A stretch of DNA of 64,000 nt. Source: Octopus vulgaris (Eukaryota). The stretch is taken from positions 159,216,001 to 159,280,000 of the forward strand of contig OX597814.1 of NCBI GenBank assembly GCA_951406725.2, in the 5' to 3' direction. This document shows, in pieces, positions 24,580 through 39,322 of this stretch (position 1 is its first letter; each line of letters begins with the position of its first letter). The notes beneath the pieces were generated by a model that had not been told where the DNA came from, did not search any database, and was given only the letters and a program-made list of their open reading frames with translations. A program made the translations under genes and the position numbers.

Positions 24580-25868
24580 CGAGGGACGTTCAATAAGTAA
24601 TGCCTCTGACCCACTTGCAGTTGTTGGATCTAGCTGAAATTTTGTATGTGCAATTATTTATATCTCTATAGAGTAAGTGACAAATTACAGCTCTGAATTA
24701 ATTGTGGTTTCTGATTTACAGGTGTTTGAACCGAGTCAAGTGTGAAATGGAGCCTGTTGAGTGTTGAGCAGCGATCCGGTTTTTGTATTTGAAAGGACGC
24801 ACACCACGGGAGACTTTTGATGAAATGAAAGCAACTTATGGTGATGATGCCCCATCATATGACCTTGTAAAACGCTGGCATCGTGAATTCAAACATGGTC
24901 GGAACTCTGTGGAAACAGCTCCCAGATCTGGTCGCCCCTTCTGCCATTGATGAGGCATCTGTCCGTCAAGTTGAGGCTGCCATTTTGGAAGATCGACGCA
25001 TAATTATTCGCCAAATAGCCCATGAGGTCAAGATTAGTACCGGGTCTGTGGAAACTATCATTCATGACCATTTGCATATGCAAAAGGTGTCTGCCAGATG
25101 GATTCCCAGGTTGCTCACGCCTTTCCAGAAGCAAGAACGCGTCGAGTGCTCGAGGGTGAATTTGGAGATGTGCAAGAAGATGAGTCAAAATTTTTCAAAA
25201 GACTGATTACACAGGATGAAACCTCGGTCCATCACGATGATCCAGAGACCAAAGCCCAGTCAATGCAGTGGAAGCACCGTGACTCACCCCCTCCAAAGAA
25301 GGCAAGGGTGCAGCCCTCCGCTGGCAAGGTCATGCTCACAGTCTTCCGGGACCAGGACGGAGTAGTGATGACAGATTTCCTGGCAAAGGGTACCACAATT
25401 GCAGGAGCCTATTATGCTTCACTTTTGAGGAAATTAAGAGAAGTTATCAAAATCAAGAGGCGGGGCAAGATCAGCAAAGACATCCTCCTCCTGCAAGACA
25501 ATGCTCCGGTCCACAACTCGCTTGTCACCAGATCAGAAGCACAGGCATATGGCTATGAACTCCTCCCCCATGCCCCTACTTTCCTGACCTTGCACCCTCT
25601 GATTTTCACCTCTTCCCAGTCATGAAGTTGTTTTTGAAAGGAAAGCGTTTCCCAGATGATGCAGCCTTGATTTCTGAAGTCACGTTCAGGTTGGAGGACC
25701 AAGCTGGGGTCTTCTACAAAAACGGTCTCCAGAGCTGCATCAAACAATGAGAGAAATGCGTAACTCTGGGTGGTTCCTATGTAGAAAAAGACTAATAACT
25801 GTGCCAAGTTTCGTTGCTCTACTGCTATGGGAAGTGGGTCAGGGGCATTACTTATTGAACGCCCCTCA
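24580..25868 (+). mobile_element. Near full-length mariner (DD34D-type) with inactivated transposase
   Basis: 1289 bp, TA TSD, TIRs CGAGGGACGTTCAATAAGTAATGCC / GGCATTACTTATTGAACGCCCCTCA. ATG at 24747; motifs SGRP, WIPRLL, TQDET, LQDNAPVH, PDLAPSDFHLF, GGSYVEKD*; stops and frameshifts. Confidence 0.95.
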
Positions 25869-26130
25869 TATAAGGTTCTGCTGAAAAGTTACTATTGATA
25901 AACTGGAGCAAAATTCCATGCTGCATCTCTTTGTCAGTGAACAGGTCACGGTCTCAAAGCAACAAAAATATTTCGACAAATTAAATTTAAATGTTGAAGT
26001 GAATCTAACGGTTTTCGTGTTTCTTAAATGGCTTATAAACACTTTCCATGCTGCAATTTTTTCATTTCAGCACACGATCTCAGATCAGGTCACTTGTTAT
26101 GCAAGTACATCTCCGTAAAATATATATATA

Positions 26131-26756
<626 letters not shown>

Positions 26757-27210
26757 AATAATAAGAAGCAAATAAATACTATGAATAAGAATGAAAAAAT
26801 TTACATTCTATGTCATATTATAAGCTTTATTGAGTAGATATAGATTTTGAATTCTTTCTGGACTTGAATTTATCCTGACTATAAGAAAATGATTTTTTCT
26901 GTTGGGTGGCAATATGTGTAATTTTTTCAGGTGAGAATTTTAATAATTTCGTTTAATTAATTCTCAAAAAGAAAAAAACTTAGAATGCCAGAAAACTTAA
27001 AATTCCAGAACCTGTTTCTTGCATGTTAATTGTTCAAAACCTGTTGCCTAAAATTGTCTCCAGTTAATATGTAAAGCAACTAAACATTCTGCTGGAGAGC
27101 AAATAAACAGCAACCAATTAAATTTACATTTTTAAATCATTTTGCAGTAATTTATAATATTAATACATTTTCTCTTAAAAATATTTGAAATAAATCAATT
27201 TTTCACATAC

Positions 27211-27477
27211 CGTTTACTTTCAGTTTGGCTTTGGTTGCAACACCATCCACAACACAAGAGTATTCACCAGTATCTTCTGCATTAACATGTTTTATTATAA
27301 GTCTTTGAAGTCTTCCATCAGTTGTTGTTTCAATTCTTTTGGTTCCCTTCAAGATCTCACCATTTTTCAGCCAAGTAGCTAAAACATTACCTTGAACAGT
27401 GACACATGTAAGAATGGCCATTTGTTTCTCATCTATTGCTAGATCTGTCAACTTTTGTGAAAAACCAGTGGTTATTT
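27211..27477 (-). CDS. Single-Ig exon (duplicated group, copy 5)
   Basis: 267 nt, phase 1-1, ttgcag| and AACG|gtatgt. EITTGFSQKLTDLAIDEKQMAILTC...DTGEYSC. Confidence 0.92.
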
Positions 27478-29138
27478 CTGCAAAATTTATATGGGATATA
27501 ATTAATATTATGTATTTCAATACATAAATGTATGCATAATAAACAAAATTTAAGAAAACTTAACAGATTTATATCCTAGAAAACAGTATATTTTGAAATG
27601 GATACACTCCCATGAAAACATGAAGAACATCTAAATGGATAATATGATTTTCTTTCATTAATTTCTTTGTGGAAACACCTGTTTTTAAAGAAAATTAACA
27701 ACTGTAATTATAAAATAACAGATGTTAATTTTATTATAATCATGGTTAAATATCTACTTTTTCCTACAGTTATAAAGCTGAAGCTATTTATATGTTCCTA
27801 ACTTATGAGACCTAACTTTCTATGGTGTGTTCTGACAACAATATCATTGAGCTTTTTTTGAATATTGTTATTAGATTAAGTTTGCCCATATACTATTTTC
27901 AGTGTTATATCTACACTTTTCAAATATACTGCATATGGCCATTTCTAATTTATCACTTGTGAATGCAATCACTAACGCATTAGTTTTTTAATATGCCTCT
28001 AATTCAAAATGCTGTTTCTGTATTACATATTTCGCATAAACTGATATTGACACAGGTATGGCCCCATAGTTTTAGAAGCTTATTTCCCAACTATGCAGCT
28101 CCAGTTCAGTCCCACTGCACAATATCTTGGGTGGTGACAAGAAGAGCATCTGGCTGTAGAAAACCTTCTTCAATAAATTCTGTCTAACCCATGAAAAATT
28201 GAATTATGTTAATCATTAACATAAAATTATGTTAATGATTCAAAAAGGAAAACAAGGATAGCTGCATACCAAAACTTGATACACTTAGGTGAAACAATAG
28301 GTTTCAAAAAGAAATACTGATTGATTTATAGGTTAAGCTATATGTTCTTCAATAAATATACCACAAACCTTGACCTAGGTTTCATTGCACTAAATTTTAT
28401 ATCACCAAAAGTGCTTGCAAATCTACAGAATGTGGAAAATTGTTTTCGTTTTCACTAATATAATGTTATCTCTAATCTCCCAGGTACTCAGTCATTTTGT
28501 GAAGTATTATTCAGTAACCTAGAACAAGTATAAGTCGGTCCATTCACCTTAACAGTATAAGGCAACAGCCTTGCTTTAACTGCTTTAACTAATTTAGGAT
28601 AAGAGTCATTAATTTAAGTCTCCTATAATTTCTTTTGTGAAGTACAGCATTTCTCATAGAGGGAGTGTAGATCTCTCTAAATGAGTAAGGATTGTAAGGA
28701 GAGCTGGGGCAGACAAATTACTAAAATTAAAATAGTTTAAAATTTTTTTTAGCATGTTCAGCACCATAGAAAAAAAGAAACATCCTATGGATGCTAACTC
28801 TGTTTTGTCTACTCATTAATAAAAAGGTATACTATTTTTGTAGGAGTGTCAGGTATTAACCATTTGCAGAACTACTGGTTATAAAACAACAGGAATGTCA
28901 TTATAGAAGTTAATAATAAGTTTGCTGTGTCAATCATCTAGAGCAGAATTTTATATATATTATATTCAGCTTAAACAAATATGGTAATGGATTTCTCTAT
29001 TTGTTGCTTTTAAGGGTTAGATTATTGAACACTGAAAACTGGTGTTTTAGCTTAAATGTAAATTTCACTACTTTTACTGACATAAAGTTAATAATTTTAC
29101 TAATATGAAAATACTTTTTAAAAACAATGTCAACATAC

Positions 29139-29405
29139 CATTTACTTTCAAGTTTGCTTTAGTGGAAATATCATCCACCATGCAAGAATACTCTCCAGTA
29201 TCGTCAGCAGTAGTATGTTTTATTATAAGTTTATGGAGTCTTCTATCAGTTGTCATCTCAGTTCTATCAGTTTCCTTCAACTTTTTGCCATCTTTCATCC
29301 AGGTAACCATGACATCATCCCGAACAGAGACACATGTAAAAATAGCCATCTGTCTCTCATCTACTGTGACACTTGTCAATTTTTGTGAGAATCCTTTGGT
29401 CAGTT
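29139..29405 (-). CDS. Single-Ig exon (duplicated group, copy 4)
   Basis: 267 nt, phase 1-1, tttcag| and AATG|gtatgt. ELTKGFSQKLTSVTVDERQMAIFTC...DTGEYSC. Confidence 0.92.
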
Positions 29406-31082
29406 CTGAAATATAATACAATTATTATTCCAGTGAAAAACAATATAATTGCTCTAAAATCAAAAAGTGTTCTTCAATGTATTTATGTTTATGTGTACTA
29501 TGATACATAACTATATAAATATAATTAAGAGATTGTAAATCATTTACTTCTTAATAAACTAATACAGAATTCCTATTAGTTTTTTGCTGCACAACAATGG
29601 ATTCTACTGATCATGAAAAATTCTTTTATGATTAGATGGTACATATGGTATTAATAAATGCTTCTAATTAACACACCAGCAATTTTTGAGGAAGTGCGTT
29701 AGTTGATACCATCAACTCCCGTAGTCAGTTTCAGAGTTGATGAAAGACAAAGTTGACCTCAGCAAGATACAGATTAAGAAAATAGTCATAACTAAATACT
29801 GCTAAGCATTTTGTTCAATGCTTTAATGATTCCGCCAATTCATCATTCTTGATATAGATATGAACAATTATAACAATAGTTATTATTGCTAATTTCTAGA
29901 GTAATAATAATAGTATAATAATAATAATAGTTTGCACGCACATGGTATACATTTAATGAACTCAACATGTGATGGTGTTTCAAATTATAGATGGAGCCTT
30001 TTTTTTTGACTTATGCCAATTTTACTGGGAAACGAATAAACACCCTAATATGCTATTCCTTCTTACAAATATAAAACTTGTGCAAAATTAGAAGAAATTA
30101 CAACCAACAGAATTCTTGAAGATAAGTGAAGAGAAGAAATGTTATGTTTTTGATACTGTTATATATAATATTAGCAGTATAAAATATTTCCAGTTAATAG
30201 ATAATTACTTTGTGGAATGAGATGCTTGATGTAGCACTAACTATTTGGCCAACAGGTAAAGAAATGCAAATACCTGGCAATATTCCTGATACCAAGCCCC
30301 TAATATTAGTCTTTGCTTGACCTAGGACAACAGTTGTTTTAAAGAGATGAAATATAGAAAGATATGCCTAACAAACAGTGACCACATCCAATCCCTTTCT
30401 AAGAATTCTGCAAATCCCATATCCTCAGCACTTGTCTAAGAACCATTTGCCATGGCTTCCCAAGCCACTGTATAGAGAGTTTGGACAGTTAATGAGCCTT
30501 CTGACCAGTCAAAACATCCACAGGAAGTGAAAAACAATTTCAATTAGTCATATGAAAACTGGTCAAATCAAATTGGTTCAAAAACTTACTTCAGTATGGT
30601 ACTTTTTTTTATTGATCTCTATAATTGAATTCTTAAGTCATTTTTCCAATATATTCATATCCCAAAAAACAAGAAATTCACATACTGATTAAGTAATTAA
30701 GAGAGACTCCCTTGTTTCAAAATGACAAATATAGAAATTTATGGAGCCATTATTTAAAAATGCAATTTTAGATGTGCCAGCTTGGGAGCATCTAGCTGGC
30801 CAATGCTTGTCCTGCTAAAAATAGTAACCAAATTTTTCTCATATCACACTTCACCATCTTCAAAGTGAAAGTATACACCATATAATACAATCCTACATTG
30901 AGCATGTATGAAAAGATATGATGATCAAAGCCAGAATGGTTACTTTATCAGAAGTAACCTTGGTTAAACAGCAACAATAAAACTACATCATTTTCTAGTG
31001 TTATGAATGAAAATAACATTTCAATTGTCATGATTTCCCTTCAGAGAAAAAAAGAAGAGAGAGAGAGAGAGTGAGTGTGTGT

Positions 31083-31137
<55 letters not shown>

Positions 31138-31350
31138 TGCATGCACATGTGTTCATGTCAGTATGCACACACACATGTGAGTGTGCATGTGTTCCCATGT
31201 GTGTGTGTGTGCATGTGAGTGTGTGTGTGAGAGAGAGAGAGAGAGAGCATTCAATTTGCTTAAAGAAATATTGCTGGATAAGATAAATGATACATTTTTC
31301 AGACTCAGATGCTATACAATGATATATGAATTATATTTAAGGTTCATTAC

Positions 31351-31617
31351 CATTTACTTTCAAGTTTGCCGCAGTAGAGATACCATCTGCAACACAAGAG
31401 TATTCAGCAGTATCTTCTGCATTAGCATGTTTTATTATAAGTTTGTGAAGTCTTCTATCAGAGCTTGTTTCAACTCTTTCAGTTTCTTTCAAGTTCTCAC
31501 CATTTTTCAGCCAAGTTACTAAAACATTATCTTGAACAGTAACACATGTAAAAATAGCAATCTGTTTTTCTTCCACAGTAAGACTTTTCAACTTTTGCGA
31601 AAAGCCAGAAGTTTGTT
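31351..31617 (-). CDS. Single-Ig exon (duplicated group, copy 3)
   Basis: 267 nt, phase 1-1, ttacag| and AATG|gtaatg. EQTSGFSQKLKSLTVEEKQIAIFTC...DTAEYSC. Confidence 0.92.
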
Positions 31618-33476
31618 CTGTAATATATATGAAATCAGTAAATTTATATGAATCACAATATATATATATATTAGACAAAATTTTTCAATTGAAGAAAAAA
31701 AAAATAAATGTGAAAGTAGGTACAAGTTTTAATGATGAACCAGGAAACTTTATCAATAACCATGATTCTTGTTCAACACAGAAGTAGCTAGGTTAATGAA
31801 CAACTTGTTAACTAATCCTAATATATTTTGCCCAACCAGTGAACACAACCTTACTATGGTTATTTCTGATGTTAAAAGCAATGAAAATACTCGAATCAAC
31901 CAAATTTCTTTTCTAATTACTACAGTTCTTGAGTCATCTGTAACAATTAGTTAATAAAATAGTTTTAAATAATCTAAGACAATTTCTTAAAATATTAATA
32001 CTTATATATTCAACTCTTTCCCTGCTAAAGAAAGAGGCCATATTAACTTCCTACAAGTGCCAATACTACAATAATACAATACTACATACACAATACATCA
32101 GCCAACCATTACTACTCACCTCAAATATACTAGTTCTAAATCTTAAAGTTCAGCTCAATTGATATTGATCTATATAACTACTCTGCTACATTTCTACTAT
32201 TTATTCCATTTATAATTTGTTCCCTAAATTCATCAAACACCTGCATTTATAGCACCATATCATCTGTAATATGAATGGAAACTTGAGAACCTTGCAAAAA
32301 TATACTAGAATCCAAACTGATTAGACTAGCTGTACTAGCAATTTTAAGACGACAAAAATTATTGTTAATGTACATTTAAAGGTGAGTAAAATAGATTTTA
32401 CAAAGTATGGTGGGGTTTTTTTATGTTTTTTTTTTATATTAGAGCTCAACAGTTTTTAGCCTTTCCACTTTTTAATTTACCCAAATCAACTCAGATAATA
32501 ACTATTTTCTAGTCCCTATTTCTCTGACTTTCTAATTATACTTCTTTGCTAAAGAGTCTTCTATATGGACAAAATGAAATCTATTCAACAGCTGTCACAT
32601 TATAAATTTCTTCATCAGTAGCAACTTTTAACATAGCACTTAAACACATTGAAAATTCGAGGATAATTTTCATTATACATGCCATACACAGTATCTTTTT
32701 CTAAATCACATATTCTTTATTTCACCAAAAAGTCATTAAGATTTGATTTCCCTTCATTATTGGTCTACATTGACAAAACTTTATCATATCTAGGATTTGT
32801 AAACTTATGTGTTCCCTAATGTCACTGACTGCCTTCAGAAAAGAAATATTTGTCAGCAAACTCTTTTACTTTTTCATAATCAAACTCCAGATCTTCACCT
32901 ATTTTATACTGTATTTTCCTTCATTGCTAAAACAGATCCAGCTTCTTTGAAACTAATCTAACTGCCATTCACTCAAAAATGCTCTTATACTATTGATACT
33001 GAAAAACTTTCTTTAACATTACAAAGTGTTCTTTTTTTTCCAAAATCATAGCATTGAAACCCCCTTTGTATTTCATGTTTCTTTAGTTTTTCACTTTCAT
33101 CAAGCATATTTCATGCACATTATGTTCAAAATAATACAGACTACAAAGTATATATTGCTTAGTGTTCAGAAAGGCTTTGGAAAGCTGGCTTAATAAAAGT
33201 AAGTCAGAAATTATCAAGCTAAAATATGAAAACAGTTCATAAGTATGTTATGTGTTATGTATGAGAATATATCATTCTCTATATTAAAGTTAACAGGGTA
33301 ATCTAACTATAAAATTTTAATAAAAAAATTAAGGTAAAATATATGTCACTTTGATACTTTTCAGCTGTATTCCATAAAAAAATTAATGTATATATTTGCA
33401 GGAATAGGAACAATGATGTGTTTATTCTATGAACCATTTAACATATTAAGAACTTCATAAATGTATGTTCACTCAC

Positions 33477-33743
33477 CATTTACTTTCAGTTTTGCTGAAG
33501 TTGAGATGTCATCAATAACACAGCTGTATTCACCATCATCTTCAGCAGTAACATGTTTAATAATAAGTTTATGAAGTCTTTTATCTGTTGTTACCTCAAC
33601 TCTTTCGGTTTCTTTGATCTTTTTGCCATTTTTAAGCCATGTAACAGTGATATTTTCTTGTATGCTTACACACATGAAAATGGCAGTTTGTTTCTCATCC
33701 ACTGTGAGACTTGTTAATTTTTTCGAAAAGCCTGTGTTTATTT
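33477..33743 (-). CDS. Single-Ig exon (duplicated group, copy 2)
   Basis: 267 nt, phase 1-1, ttttag| and AATG|gtgagt. EINTGFSKKLTSLTVDEKQTAIFMC...DDGEYSC...AKLKVN. Confidence 0.92.
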
Positions 33744-33936
33744 CTAAAACAAAAAAGAAGTTCTCGTAAAAAGATATTCTCTATTAATAAGGTATCAAAA
33801 AAACATGTATAAACGTGAACAGGGTATGTTCATATAGAACAACCAAGGATTTTAATCCAACTCAAGACTGTTTTATCATTCACAAAGTACAAATTTAATA
33901 AACAATACCATGCACTTTTCACTACACATATGCTTG

Positions 33937-33990
<54 letters not shown>

Positions 33991-34296
33991 TCTATGCACA
34001 CACCAGTTGTAGACCTTTTACACAACAGAACTAAAATCTATGAAGCTTGAGAAGAAAGGTGAGTTCATGATACTAAATCACTCTTATTAATATAACTGCA
34101 ATGGAAAATTTAAATTTTTAGTGTGCATATGTGTCTCTATGTATCTGCCACTATGTTTAAGTGCACCTCTTCAATAAATTATATATAAACATTATTCTAA
34201 GAATTTCAAACAATTATATCTAATGAATAAATTGCAGATAAATGCACACAAAGTACATTCTGAAAGTTTTTTTTATAATATAATTACATTGCTCAA

Positions 34297-34490
34297 AGCA
34301 GCGAGCTGGTAGAATCATTAACACACCTGATAAAATGCTAAGTGGCATTTCATCTGTTTTTACATTCTGAATTCAAGTTCAACTCAGCTTTTTATCCTTT
34401 CAAAGTTGATGAAACAAGTACCAGTTGAACACAATTAATTTATCCCCCACCCCAAACTTGCTGGCCTTGTGCCAAAATTTGAAATCAGTA
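34297..34490 (+). mobile_element. tRNA-derived SINE copy
   Basis: Aligns by eye with 53689-53905 (GAGCTGGTAGAATCATTA...AAGTACCAG...GGCCTTGTGCC). Confidence 0.6.
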
Positions 34491-36470
34491 AAATCATATT
34501 GTTTATGGAAAGAATTATTACAAAAATAATTTAGGTTAACTGTGAAGTCTCTAACACTGAGTCACTGAAAAAAAAGAACTTTGCGTTTTACAGTTTTTAA
34601 TTCAAATCCTATCAATGTTGCTTTCTTGTAATAGTCAAGAGTAGATCAATTATTTCATTCTAACATTATGTAATATTTATTATCTATCAAGAAGGTTTGT
34701 GAAAAACTGAATACAACCATTACAATAGGAATCTAGATTACCAAACAAAAGCCAATCATAAATTTGATAAGTCTGTGATACTAAGTCAACATATTAACAG
34801 ACAAAACTTATAGTATTTTAATACCACCAAGCTGGTTCTTTGGTGACTTTAATAGAGTTCACTTTATTGCAAGTATTTTTGTCAGGTCTCATTTCCTTCC
34901 TTCCCTCCCTCTATTAATCTTAGAGGCCCTTTAAAGTATTCTAGAAACTTCCCATCTTCCACTGCCAATGCCTGCTAAAAGAATTCTTTAGTGTAAATAA
35001 AATTAACATCTCTTTACTGCCTTAATGCATAACATTCTGCCAAAATGCACAGTATAATTTTGACAGTATGATCTTCACAACATCCTGCCTATGCATAAAC
35101 AAAACACCACTAAACCATCAACTTTTCTGCAAATACTTTACACCACAAATTCTGAGGATTTTAAGTATGACATCCTATATATAATGTTGTTACAAGCTAA
35201 AGATTAAGCTTCCTTTCCAGAAACATAAAATACCTCATATATAATCAGTTGCAGATCCTCTACAGAGTCTACATATGACTGATATGCAAATACTGCCCAT
35301 ATATCTTGGGTATTTCCAGGACTAGAATTTTTGTATGTGATATATACATCCTCTCTCCATAAGAATGCTCATTCCTCAACATACAATGGCAAATGACTCA
35401 CACATTCACTGTCTCTCTCTCTGACCCTCTTTTCTGAAAATGGGTGTTACTTTTCTGCATGCCTCCTCTACTCATTATATCTCTTATCCTCTCATCAACA
35501 CTATCATGCATCACTTATAGATACTTTTCCTAATCCTTATTTCTCAACAGCTACGGTCCTCTGGAATTCCCTCCCTATACCTAGTTTTCCTGCAGACATT
35601 AATCTCCAAATGTTTAAAGTGGAGATCAATGTCTACAGGAAAAAGCTTACTAGTTTGTAAGGGTTTAAAAAGTAATGAGTATTTCATCTATGAACCTAAC
35701 TAAAAGTGCTTTAACACTAAGTTACAACTGAAGGCTTTGGTGCTTCAACTTCATGTAATTTTCAAGTTAGCTTCATGGCATCCATTCCTATCCAAGCTAT
35801 TGTCTAAAGCTGAATATTACATGAATGAGGAGTAAGTGAAATAAAATGGCTTGCCCAGGATTTGAGCATGAAATGTAAATACAGCATGCCATCTACTTAT
35901 TATCTCATATAACTTTCAGCATATTGATAAATTGAAAGTTCAGTATCTAAATAAAAGTATTGCCAAATAATATTTTGTGTATTACGTACCAACTTAAAAA
36001 TAAATTAACTTGCTCTGAAAAGATGTAAATTCTGAATAACTTTGCAAATATACAAAATACTACATTATAGTTATCGTCATCATCATCATCATCATCATTG
36101 TTTCTTTCTTTTTTTTCTTTCATGTTTTTCATGGATTAGATGGCTCTTTTCCAGTGCAGTTTCTGACATTTCAGTTCAGTTCCTTGTTAGCTTGCTTATG
36201 AGGTGAAAGTTAGCAATCTAAAGTCAACCTTTACTACTTCTCATGATTTTCTTTTCAGTTGGCTCCTTCCACTTAGATTACTTGACATTCTCCACCCAAA
36301 TGTCAACCTTCATATACATCACAGGTTCATATCACCTCAGTTGACTCTATTATACACAGCAGCTGATTCATCTTATAGCCATTTGTTTTTCTCAAAACTC
36401 ATCTCTGCTCCCTTGTCATACACATTAATCTAAGATCTGGTAGAGAATGTTTGTAAAAAGGGTAACTTAC

Positions 36471-36737
36471 CATTTACTTTTAAGTTTGCTTTAGTTGAGG
36501 CTTTCTCGATAACACAGGTGTAGTCACCCCTATCTTCAGCAGTAACACGTTTGATGATAAGTTTATGGAGTTTTCTGTCAATTATTATTTCTGTTCTGTC
36601 AGTTTCAATGATCTTCTTGCCATCTTTCAGCCAAGTAACAGAAGGATATTCCTCTGCACTTATGCATGTAAAAATGGCCATTTGCTTCTCATCTACTGTC
36701 ACATCTGATAGTTCTTCCAAAAAGTAAGCACCAATAT
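36471..36737 (-). CDS. Single-Ig exon (duplicated group, copy 1)
   Basis: 267 nt, phase 1-1, tttag| and AATG|gtaagt. DIGAYFLEELSDVTVDEKQMAIFTC...VTWLKDG...DRGDYTC...ANLKVN. Confidence 0.92.
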
Positions 36738-38071
36738 CTAAATTTAAAAAACAAAAAAAAAATCATGAAACCAAAGAAATATAAAAGAACATGAAATATT
36801 TCAAATCAAGCAAACTATAAAAGCTCTCGTCATCAAATTTTATGTTATAATCCTATGAGCATAAAATGTTAATAACCACCATCACCTCTATGATCATCAT
36901 AAACATTTTATATATCATTAGCATTTAATGTTTATTTTCCATGATGGCATGGATTGGATGGTTTGGCAAGGTTTCTACAGCTGGATGCTCTTTCTAATGC
37001 CAACCACTTTACAGAGTGTACTAGGTGCTGTTTTTGCCACCAGCACTAGTGAAGTTGCTAAGTAAGTTGCAAAACAGAAAAGGAACAAGGATAAACCCCC
37101 ATGACTAAGTGGGGAAAGTAGTTGAGAGGTGGGAGGTGGCTTTATGCCAGATGTTGAAAGGCTAAAATATGACAGAGAGAGGGACAAACAAAAGAGTCTT
37201 GCTACTGAGGATATACATGGCTACCCTACATTATGTAAAGGTGGGTGGGAGTAGCTGGTAGGAAGATTAAGCTAGCAGTGAAAGGTTATCCTAAAAGAAT
37301 AAAAGTACTTATAAAGATAGAATACCTAATTCATTTATTTAAAACAATTTTTTTTTAAGAATTATGTCTAAAGATTTTTTTATATATATATCTGAGGAAA
37401 GTTCTCTCAAAATAGAAGTCAGCTTGATAAGTAAGTCTGATAAAATTAATATGGCAACTGAAAATTTGGTTGTTTGTAAATCACAGGAATACTCAAAAGA
37501 ATGAATATTTTATGTAAATTTTAAGTAAAAAAAATATTGTATATTGAGAAGAACTGTAAATGTGATTCAGATGACTCTTTTCTTTATATTTTGCTATTTC
37601 CACTTTGGCATGATGACATTAAAACTGAGACTTGTGAAATTTTTTTGAAAAAGTCAAGAAATAAATATATATCATTTCCAAATACGTCAATTTTCATAAA
37701 TCATTCATCTGTGATGGTTTATAAATAACAATGAATTTAGATCTACAAAGTGTGATTTATAATCTGAATTTTTGCTGAAATGAGGAATGAGTGTAGATAA
37801 GAATTTCAAGAAATGCAATTCTGGATAGTATTTCAAGAAATGCAATTCTGGATTAGGTAAAAATTTAATACTTGTTCAGATAGGTCGATATTGCTGGTAA
37901 AGAGATGAAATATATTCTGAAAGTGCATTGAAACAAGTTTAGATATGAGTATTATGGAAGTAAAAGTTCTAAGACACAGATATTCTGGTAACAATAAGTA
38001 AGACAAAGAAGGTGTATCTTGTTAAGTAACATGTTTGAATAATAACAGTTCAGGAGAAATCAAACACTTAC

Positions 38072-38269
38072 CTCCAACTTCAAATTCAAATTCAGTTGAA
38101 GTTGTACCATATTGGTTTTCTGCAATACAAGTATATTTTCCCATATGTTGGTCAGAAGCATTTGTAAATTTCAAAATATGTCTTCCTTCTGATTCATATA
38201 TTTTGATATCTTCTCTGCTTGTAAGTATTTCCTCATTTTTCATCCATTTAATGTGAGGTTTAGGGTAAC
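38072..38269 (-). CDS. Exon: C-terminal part of I-set Ig domain
   Basis: 198 nt, aatag|GT TAC CCT to GGAG|gtaagt. GYPKPHIKWMKNEE...HILKF...GKYTCIAENQYG. Confidence 0.9.
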
Positions 38270-38563
38270 CTATTAAGAAACGTTGGTGCAAAATAAATGT
38301 GAATCTTACAAAAATATGATCTTATATGTATATTTTAGATTTATTTCTTTTGAAGTTAAAAAAAATCGTTTTAAAATAATTTTTAGTTTTTTTCAAAATA
38401 ACATGAAGATGTTTTAATAATATTACATTAAAAGCTCAAGTATTTTCCAGGTTATTAAGCTCATCATTGTTTGTCTTAATAATTTATCTAAACATTTCAG
38501 ACATATGATTTAATAAATGATTCATATTTTATATTCATTTTGTCTATAGCAAAATGTTTTTAA

Positions 38564-38737
38564 CCCTTTAGCATTGAATTAATCATGCACTGAATTAATC
38601 ATGCATTGTTTTGAAGAAACTATTGTTTATTTTTAGAAAGACATTGAAGAGTAGGTGTGAGAGGCCAAATCTGGCCAGTTTGAACATAAAACAGATAGAA
38701 TATTTAAGCCTGACATGACCAGTTTAAATGCTAATGG
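38564..38737. mobile_element. piggyBac-type MITE
   Basis: TTAA|CCCTTTAGCATT ... AATGCTAATGG|TTAA: TTAA TSD and short TIRs. Confidence 0.65.
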
Positions 38738-38971
38738 TTAACACTGAAATTATTCTAGAATAAATCATAATTAAGGATAGTAATGCAAATGTAAAAATAA
38801 TATTCTAGACTGAGAGATATTAACTAAAAGTCATCACAATTTTTTTTTTTTTCAAAGTAAACTACCAACCATTTTACATAAGAAAACTTTATGTCCTTGT
38901 ATATTTTCTAAGAACAGACATAAAAGAAATTAAGAAGTTATAAAAGTTGAAATATATTCATTTATTCTTAC

Positions 38972-39060
38972 CAGACACTTTACAGGAAAATATACATGAT
39001 TTGGATATTCTAACCTTCTGAGAAATGGGTTCTTCAAGGAATTTTGGTTTTTCTTTTAAA
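38972..39060 (-). CDS. Exon: N-terminal part of I-set Ig domain (absent from ORF track)
   Basis: 89 nt, ttgccag| acceptor, TCTG|gtaaga donor, phase 2-1, matching both neighbours. Encodes (S)LKEKPKFLEEPISQKVRISKSCIFSCKVS(G). Confidence 0.88.
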
Positions 39061-39232
39061 CTGGCAAAAAATTTGTAACAGATAAAATTTTAATTCTTGT
39101 CATTTAATTTCATTTATAATATTGACTTTTCATTAATAATAATAACAGTCTTTAGCTCCAATTTCATTGACATGTGGTAATTTCTTCCACTTTTGCTTTC
39201 AGCATACATGCATGCATACATACATACATACA

Positions 39233-39264
<32 letters not shown>

Positions 39265-39265
39265 C

Positions 39266-39318
<53 letters not shown>

Positions 39319-39322
<4 letters not shown>

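Noticed and set aside
37803-37853. 24-bp local tandem duplication (ATTTCAAGAAATGCAATTCTGGAT x2)
   Set aside because: Ordinary slippage duplication.
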